Origin: Balneolaceae bacterium
Lineage (GTDB): Bacteria; Bacteroidota; Rhodothermia; Balneolales; Balneolaceae
DNA: 64,000 bases
NCBI GenBank assembly: GCA_007694095.1
Contig: RECI01000207.1
Coordinates: 3,217 to 67,216, forward strand
Direction: 5' to 3'
Below, piece after piece: positions 58,283 through 64,000 of the stretch; the first letter of the stretch is position 1, and every line of letters begins with the position of its first letter. The notes below the pieces were generated by a model. It made no database searches. It was not told the DNA's origin and saw nothing but the letters and a program-made list of their open reading frames with translations. The position numbers and the translations under genes were made by a program.

Positions 58283-59152
58283 TCATTCTGAGAATGCTTC
58301 CAACATCTCCCCAATCACATCATTTGAAACCTCTCCCCTCACTTTGGCAATCTCAACGGCTTCTTTTCCGAGTATTTGATAAATCCTGAGTATCTTATCA
58401 TTTGATTTTAATGAGTTAAGATGTTTCCGAATTGAAGTTATATCCCCCCTGGCAACTGGACCGGTCAACGAGTCGACAGCCCCATTTTTTACGATATTCT
58501 GAGCCGTTTGCAATATGAGCGGCTTTAGGATTTTGATTCCCTCTTCCATTCCCTCATTTGCAAGATATTCTACGGCTGTGTACATCAGTGCACTCATGTA
58601 ATTCGAGGCAAAAACTGCCGCAATATGCATTACTCTTTTTTGCTCTTTACTAAGATGGATAGGATTGGCATTCATCAAAGCAACCAGTTTTTTCAGGCCA
58701 TCCGTTGTCCTCATATCTCCCTCTAGGCTAATATTGATTCCCCTGAACCGCTCTGCACTGTCTCCCTGTTTAAAGGTTTGTATCGGGTGCATGGAAGCTG
58801 TTCCTGCACCTGCCTTTGCAAGTAAAGAGAGCTCCTCAGAAGTTAGATTACCGGAACAATGAACAACTGACCTGTTTTTCCATTCAGTATTAGTGACTGC
58901 AAGTTTATTGGCAACGGTTGAAATCAAATCGTCCGGTGTAGTAATAAAAACGAGCGCACCGGTTTGATCATCATTTTCAGGGAGATTTGATTGAATTCTC
59001 AGGTAATCCCCAGTTTTCGTTCGTATTCGTCCGGACCTGCTGCCCCATACTGACTGAATCACCATTTCCTGATTTTGAAAAAAATCGATCAATGCTGTTC
59101 CTACAGCTCCCGTTCCAATGATTGTAACTGAATTCCAGTCTGACTGATCCAT
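58283..59152 (-). CDS. Rossmann-like plus DUF2520 protein (PanG-like ketopantoate reductase candidate)
   Basis: IIGTGAVG, FITTPDD, VVHCSG, MHPIQTF, HIAAVFASNY, LTGPVARGD. Confidence 0.85.
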   Translation of the reverse strand: MDQSDWNSVTIIGTGAVGTALIDFFQNQEMVIQSVWGSRSGRIRTKTGDYLRIQSNLPENDDQTGALVFITTPDDLISTVANKLAVTNTEWKNRSVVHCSGNLTSEELSLLAKAGAGTASMHPIQTFKQGDSAERFRGINISLEGDMRTTDGLKKLVALMNANPIHLSKEQKRVMHIAAVFASNYMSALMYTAVEYLANEGMEEGIKILKPLILQTAQNIVKNGAVDSLTGPVARGDITSIRKHLNSLKSNDKILRIYQILGKEAVEIAKVRGEVSNDVIGEMLEAFSE

Positions 59153-59155
59153 ATT

Positions 59156-59923
59156 TCAGAATACAGGCTGAAGTTTCATGACTGCATAACCGCTTATCAG
59201 ATTCTTAAACTCTATTTCATTTTCAGAAAATGCAGGAAAGTGAATTTTTAGACCCCATTTTTTTGCCACAAGAAGCCCGGTAACAAACGAACTGACTCCC
59301 TTTATATTAGAATTGCCACCGTTAAGATAATTCATCAGGCCCGATTCATTTCCGGTATCAAAGAGATGCTTTACCCGGTTTAATTCTTCAGTATGAGATG
59401 CATCAAGGTCACAACAAAAAACGACCAGTGCATTTTTAGATGCTAAAATTTCTTCTATGGCGAAAGCCAGTTCTCTCACAATGAATGAATTTTCATCCGT
59501 AATTTGAATACTAAGGATCTCAAAACCGTCCAATGCTGTCTGAAGCATCATCAACTGATTATAAAGGCTCACATCATCATCAAATGCCTCATCATCGATA
59601 AAAAAATCATCATCCTCATCAGCAAAGTCGTTACGTAATTTATCGTTGGCATTTACATCGCCTAACGGGGTTTTCAGAAATTTAAATGATGGCATTGGAA
59701 GCTTCTTTGATGCACTACCCGGGTGAGATTCAACAACTACAACCGTATCGTAATTATTTTTTTCCAGGCGGGAATAAATAAGGCAGGCTTCATCAAAATT
59801 ATGGTTATTAATCTCGAAAGGAGAAAACATAAGCCTGACCGTTTCGTCCGGTTCTGGTGTATGGTTGCGGGCTTTCATTAAACCTTCTTCAATTTGCTCT
59901 CTTTTAAATGATGTGATATTCAT
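59156..59923 (-). CDS. Memo-like (AmmeMemoRadiSam protein B-like) protein with degenerate motifs
   Basis: DTVVVVESH, TPLGDV, SL..QL..LQ, ALVVFCCDL; overall Memo motif spacing. Confidence 0.65.
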   Translation of the reverse strand: MNITSFKREQIEEGLMKARNHTPEPDETVRLMFSPFEINNHNFDEACLIYSRLEKNNYDTVVVVESHPGSASKKLPMPSFKFLKTPLGDVNANDKLRNDFADEDDDFFIDDEAFDDDVSLYNQLMMLQTALDGFEILSIQITDENSFIVRELAFAIEEILASKNALVVFCCDLDASHTEELNRVKHLFDTGNESGLMNYLNGGNSNIKGVSSFVTGLLVAKKWGLKIHFPAFSENEIEFKNLISGYAVMKLQPVF

Positions 59924-59953
59924 AGTTAGTCCTGTTTATGGCAGTCGAAATTA

Positions 59954-60526
59954 TTATTGGAAACAAACAGATATCCAATGCTCTTTATACTGAAAACTAC
60001 AAATTTTTGCACGTTTTCCATCATGAAACTCAACACTAAAAAGATGGCGGGTTTTCTGTACAATTTTAACACCGTTCATCGGTTTTCTCAGCCCGGATCC
60101 GATCATCTTTAAACCTGCTTCTTTGATGGTCCATATCCGAACCGGGGGAATAGTTATATACAGGCTCCTGTCTTCATCAGGATGTTGAATACGTTTAACC
60201 AGTGTATCGCTCACATCACGATTAACTGATTCAATATCGCAGCCTACATTGAGATGAAGAGACATTGCAGCACTGATTGCCATGCGGGTATGTGAAAAAC
60301 TTACCGATACTTCGCGCCCGTTTATCCAAACTCTTGGTTTTTCATTTTTCGGGGTGTGTATTATAGGATTTGCTTCTTCAAACCACAACCCAGCCATTTC
60401 TCTTATAAGAACATTGCCACGATGGCTCTCAATAGATTCCATATCTCCAGCTGGTGGTAAATCAAGAAATTTGAAGCAGAGCAGGATCTCGTCGGGTAAA
60501 TCCTGGTGTTGAATGTTATCCGGCAC
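59954..60526 (-). CDS. 4'-phosphopantetheinyl transferase superfamily protein
   Basis: NEKP, VSFSHT, VGCDIE, WTIKEAGLKMIGSGL. Confidence 0.88.
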   Translation of the reverse strand: MPDNIQHQDLPDEILLCFKFLDLPPAGDMESIESHRGNVLIREMAGLWFEEANPIIHTPKNEKPRVWINGREVSVSFSHTRMAISAAMSLHLNVGCDIESVNRDVSDTLVKRIQHPDEDRSLYITIPPVRIWTIKEAGLKMIGSGLRKPMNGVKIVQKTRHLFSVEFHDGKRAKICSFQYKEHWISVCFQ

Positions 60527-60686
60527 AGATGATTATTTTGAGGTTTCTGAGAAAACTACCAATATTTCATGTCTATCTGCAATTAATTTCGGAATCAAAT
60601 CAACAGGTTAATCCAATACAAATTGAACCAAGATTTCTTATATTTTTAAGCTTGAATCAAAATCAATCAACCGATCAATGTAACAA

Positions 60687-62213
60687 ATGGATAACAGTGA
60701 AACCTCTCTGAGTGAACAGCAGCAAATTAGGCTCGAAAAGCTCAGACAACTGAGAGAACTTGATATCAACCCTTACCCCTACAGTTATGATGTAACACAT
60801 TTTTCAACGAATATATTGGGTAATCCGTCTCTGGTCACAGAAGTGCCGGATGATAATACACCAAGGGTCGCAATAGCAGGACGGGTAATGACCAGGCGTA
60901 TCATGGGAAAAGCCTCATTTTTTACATTGCAGGATTCAAAAGGAATCATACAGGTTTATATACGAAGAGACGATATTGGAGTTGAAACATACAACACCCT
61001 CTTTAAAAAACTGGTTGATATTGGTGACTTTGTTGGGATTAAAGGATTCGTCTTCAAAACCAGAACTGGTGAAATCACTGTTCATACAGAAGAGTTTACA
61101 TTTTTGGGTAAAACAGTGCGCCCTCTTCCAACACCGAAAGAAGTGGAGAATGAAAAAGGTGAAATGATGACCTTTTCGGCATTTTCTGACAAAGAGCTGC
61201 GTTATCGCCAGCGATACGTTGACCTGGTTGTGAATCCGGAAGTGAAAGAAACTTTCATCAAGCGGACAAAAATAGTACAGGCCATGCGTAACTTTATGAA
61301 CCGTTGCGGTTACCTTGAGGTTGAGACCCCGATTTTACAGCCTGTTTACGGTGGTGCAGCGGCAAGGCCTTTCGTAACACATCATAATGCACTGGATATG
61401 CAGTTATACCTGCGGATTGCCAATGAACTTTACCTGAAACGGCTGATCGTAGGCGGTTTTGATGGTGTATATGAATTTTCAAAAGATTTCAGAAATGAAG
61501 GGCTTTCCCGTTTTCACAATCCTGAGTTCACACAGGTTGAGTTATACGTGGCTTATAAAGATTATCACTGGATGATGGGATTCATGGAAGAGATGATTGA
61601 GCATGTGGCTCTTGAAATTCACGGCTCAACAAAGATAACTGTCGGCGAAACTGAGATCGATTTCAAACGCCCCTGGCCCCGAATCCCTATGTATGAAGCT
61701 ATCCTGAACGAAACAGGATATGACCTGTACGGAAAAACGGAAGAGGAAATCCGTACTATTGCAAAGAAACTTCATATCGGTATTGAAGAAGGAATGGGCA
61801 AAGGAAAACTTATTGATGAGATTTTTGGAGAGTATGTGGAGCCGAAGCTGATACAACCAACATTTATTACCGATTACCCGGTAGAAATGAGTCCGCTGGC
61901 AAAAATACACCGTTCAAAAGAGGGGCTGGTTGAAAGGTTCGAGGCAATATGTAACGGCAAAGAGATCGCAAATGCCTTTTCTGAGCTAAATGATCCTATT
62001 GACCAACGAAGACGATTTGAAGACCAGGTGCGTTTGAAGAACGAGGGTGATGAAGAAGCAATGGCTCTTGATGAGGATTTTCTTCGCGCCATCGAATACG
62101 GAATGCCTCCAACGGCTGGTATTGGCATCGGCATCGACCGTCTTGCAATGATTATGACCAATTCCGAGTCCATAAGGGATGTACTGTTCTTCCCGTTAAT
62201 GAGGCCGGAGTGA
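60687..62213 (+). CDS. lysS: Lysine--tRNA ligase (class II)
   Basis: [10 protein letters not shown] fold, [45 protein letters not shown]. Confidence 0.97.
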   Translation: MDNSETSLSEQQQIRLEKLRQLRELDINPYPYSYDVTHFSTNILGNPSLVTEVPDDNTPRVAIAGRVMTRRIMGKASFFTLQDSKGIIQVYIRRDDIGVETYNTLFKKLVDIGDFVGIKGFVFKTRTGEITVHTEEFTFLGKTVRPLPTPKEVENEKGEMMTFSAFSDKELRYRQRYVDLVVNPEVKETFIKRTKIVQAMRNFMNRCGYLEVETPILQPVYGGAAARPFVTHHNALDMQLYLRIANELYLKRLIVGGFDGVYEFSKDFRNEGLSRFHNPEFTQVELYVAYKDYHWMMGFMEEMIEHVALEIHGSTKITVGETEIDFKRPWPRIPMYEAILNETGYDLYGKTEEEIRTIAKKLHIGIEEGMGKGKLIDEIFGEYVEPKLIQPTFITDYPVEMSPLAKIHRSKEGLVERFEAICNGKEIANAFSELNDPIDQRRRFEDQVRLKNEGDEEAMALDEDFLRAIEYGMPPTAGIGIGIDRLAMIMTNSESIRDVLFFPLMRPE

Positions 62214-62287
62214 GGTTAAATTAAAAGACAATATTTAGAAGAGAATAGGAACGTAAAAATGCGCAATAAAAAACCCGAAACCCGTAA

Positions 62288-63514
62288 ATGAAGTTCACCT
62301 GGTACATAGCGGGCAAGTATTTTAGAGGAAATAAGCGTGAGTCCCGGTTTCTTTCTTTTATAAAAATTATGGCTATAGGCGGGGTTGCTATTGGTTCGGC
62401 CGGGCTTTTGATTGCACTCTCGATCGTTCATGGCTTTAAGTCTACAATCAACGAAAAGATTGTGGGATTTGCGCCGCATATCACAGTAAACTCATATATG
62501 GGCGATCCTCTGTTCAGGGCTGATACCCTGCAGACTTTTATCAGCAGAATTGATGGTGTTGGTAAAACCCAGCCAGTTGTACTGGGACAGGTCATGATCC
62601 AGTCATCCAGAGATGTGAGTGGTACATTAATCAAGGGAGTACCTCCAGAGGGTGATGTTACGAACCTCAGGAGCTATATCGTTCAGGGTGACTATAATGT
62701 GAGTATGCAGGAAAGCGGGCTTCCGGGAATAATTATCGGAACAGCCCTCGCCCGAACAATTGGAGCCGGTATTGGTGACCGGGTAACGGCCTATGCGATT
62801 GAGGGTATGCCAACTCCTTTTAACTCACCTGAGATACGTCAATTCACATTAACTGGAATTTATCAGACAGGTATCGCCCGATTTGATGATAATTTCGCCT
62901 TAACCAATATCGAAACCGTTAGACGGCTCTTCAATCTTGGCCCTCAAAAAGCGAGCGCCATGGAAATCAACGTGGCTGATCCCAATAGAATTGAACAGGT
63001 TTACACAAGCGTCAGGGATCAAACCAGTTTCCCTTTTGTAACCGAAAGCATTTACCAGCGTTACCGTAATATATTTGCATGGGTCGATTTGCAGGAAGAG
63101 ACTATACCGCTGGTAATTGGCGTGATGATAATCGTGGCAGCGTTCAACCTCATCGGTACTGTTTTGATGATGGTGCTCGAACGGGTAAAAGATATCGGCA
63201 TTCTTAAAACCATCGGGGCAAAAAGTAAAGCTATCCGTCAGATTTTCCTGCTTGAAGGGCTCTTTGTTGCCTTCACCGGTCTTATTTTGGGAATTGCAAT
63301 TTCCCTCCTGTTTTACTGGCTTCAAATAACCTATCAGATCATCCCTCTTTCTGAAGAAAATTACTATATGAGTACTGCACCTGTTGAACCACATTTTATC
63401 GATTTTGTGATTGTTACAGTTGTTACCATATCACTCTGCGCGCTTGCCTCCTGGCTGCCGGCCCGAATTGCCGCGAAAACGGATCCCGTCAAAGTACTGA
63501 GTTTTGGAAAATAA
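62288..63514 (+). CDS. LolC/E-family (FtsX-like) ABC permease
   Basis: SRFLSFI..IAIG-like TM1, GF...I..KIVGFAPH, AAFNLIGTVLMMVLER.KDIGILKT.GA, LPARIAAK. Confidence 0.88.
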   Translation: MKFTWYIAGKYFRGNKRESRFLSFIKIMAIGGVAIGSAGLLIALSIVHGFKSTINEKIVGFAPHITVNSYMGDPLFRADTLQTFISRIDGVGKTQPVVLGQVMIQSSRDVSGTLIKGVPPEGDVTNLRSYIVQGDYNVSMQESGLPGIIIGTALARTIGAGIGDRVTAYAIEGMPTPFNSPEIRQFTLTGIYQTGIARFDDNFALTNIETVRRLFNLGPQKASAMEINVADPNRIEQVYTSVRDQTSFPFVTESIYQRYRNIFAWVDLQEETIPLVIGVMIIVAAFNLIGTVLMMVLERVKDIGILKTIGAKSKAIRQIFLLEGLFVAFTGLILGIAISLLFYWLQITYQIIPLSEENYYMSTAPVEPHFIDFVIVTVVTISLCALASWLPARIAAKTDPVKVLSFGK

Positions 63515-63543
63515 CGATCCGGTAGGGGTACGGTTCTCTCTTT

Positions 63544-64000
63544 TTATGTGGAACGAATATTGATCCTGATATTAAACCGTATATCGTGTGTGGTACGTTT
63601 GAATGTACGCGATGATTTAGGTAAAATCTGACTGAAAGCATACTCAAAATTTGCCTGGACGGTTGTTGAGAAGCGATAACCCACAACCATGCTGGTATTG
63701 ATCCGAGACTGGCCTGTTGGCGGGCTTGGGGTAAACGAATACACCGAAGGATCGCGCTCTATATTTTGGCTGTCTTGCTGAAGTGCACGGTCGAGATCCG
63801 CATCGAGTAAAAAACGCTGTTCTGTATCTTCAATAAAACTTCCATTTAGTGTCAGGTCCACATTACTGGCCAAAGTTCTCACAAATGGTATCCTGAAATT
63901 ACGCAGGGTATATGCCATCGAAAGACGCATCCCTTTCGATACCCGCTCAATAACTTGTGTATTCGAAAGCGAGAGGCTGGTGATATGGCTTGTTTCATAA
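63544..64000 (-). CDS. sprA: C-terminal fragment of cell surface protein SprA (T9SS translocon); continues beyond the window
   Basis: The frame is open to the window edge (..TSLSLSNTQVIERVSKGMRLSMAYTLRNFRIPF..) and ends in beta-strands ANFEY....PKSS..RTTHDIRFNIRINIRS. Confidence 0.72.
   Translation of the reverse strand, partial: YETSHITSLSLSNTQVIERVSKGMRLSMAYTLRNFRIPFVRTLASNVDLTLNGSFIEDTEQRFLLDADLDRALQQDSQNIERDPSVYSFTPSPPTGQSRINTSMVVGYRFSTTVQANFEYAFSQILPKSSRTFKRTTHDIRFNIRINIRST

Overview
This is a bacterial chromosomal segment. Gene content (an SprA C-terminus, a T9SS cargo with an NYPNPFNPST-type C-terminal domain, a SusF-like lipoprotein, a GWxTD protein and tandem rhomboids) points to the Bacteroidota/Balneolota/Rhodothermota superphylum; a Balneolaceae-like organism is my inference and was not checked. 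Most of the window is housekeeping and catabolic: ispG, murA, rne/rng, hslVU, ctpA-like S41, rsmE, long-type dcd, FKBP, trpB2, purK, paaABCD, acyl-CoA carboxylase beta, pdxA, ftsE, btuB with a cobalamin riboswitch, lysS and lolC/E. Interspersed accessory units are: (i) an uncharacterised three-gene unit of a Bor-like lipoprotein, an ALO/GULO-like FAD oxidoreductase and an M19-like amidohydrolase, abutting a 5'-truncated DUF1801 pseudogene; (ii) a PhyH-type Fe/2OG dioxygenase fused to two cupins; (iii) a four-helix-bundle gene bracketed by heptamer-register inverted repeats, with ORF-less relatives elsewhere in the window; (iv) several REP/REPIN-like intergenic repeat families, including a 103-bp-period triple hairpin array; (v) a lower Weimberg-type sugar-acid operon; and (vi) a VapBC-like module that appears leaderless. 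I saw no rRNA, tRNA, CRISPR array, transposase or integrase. All family calls come from motif recognition by eye, without database searches.
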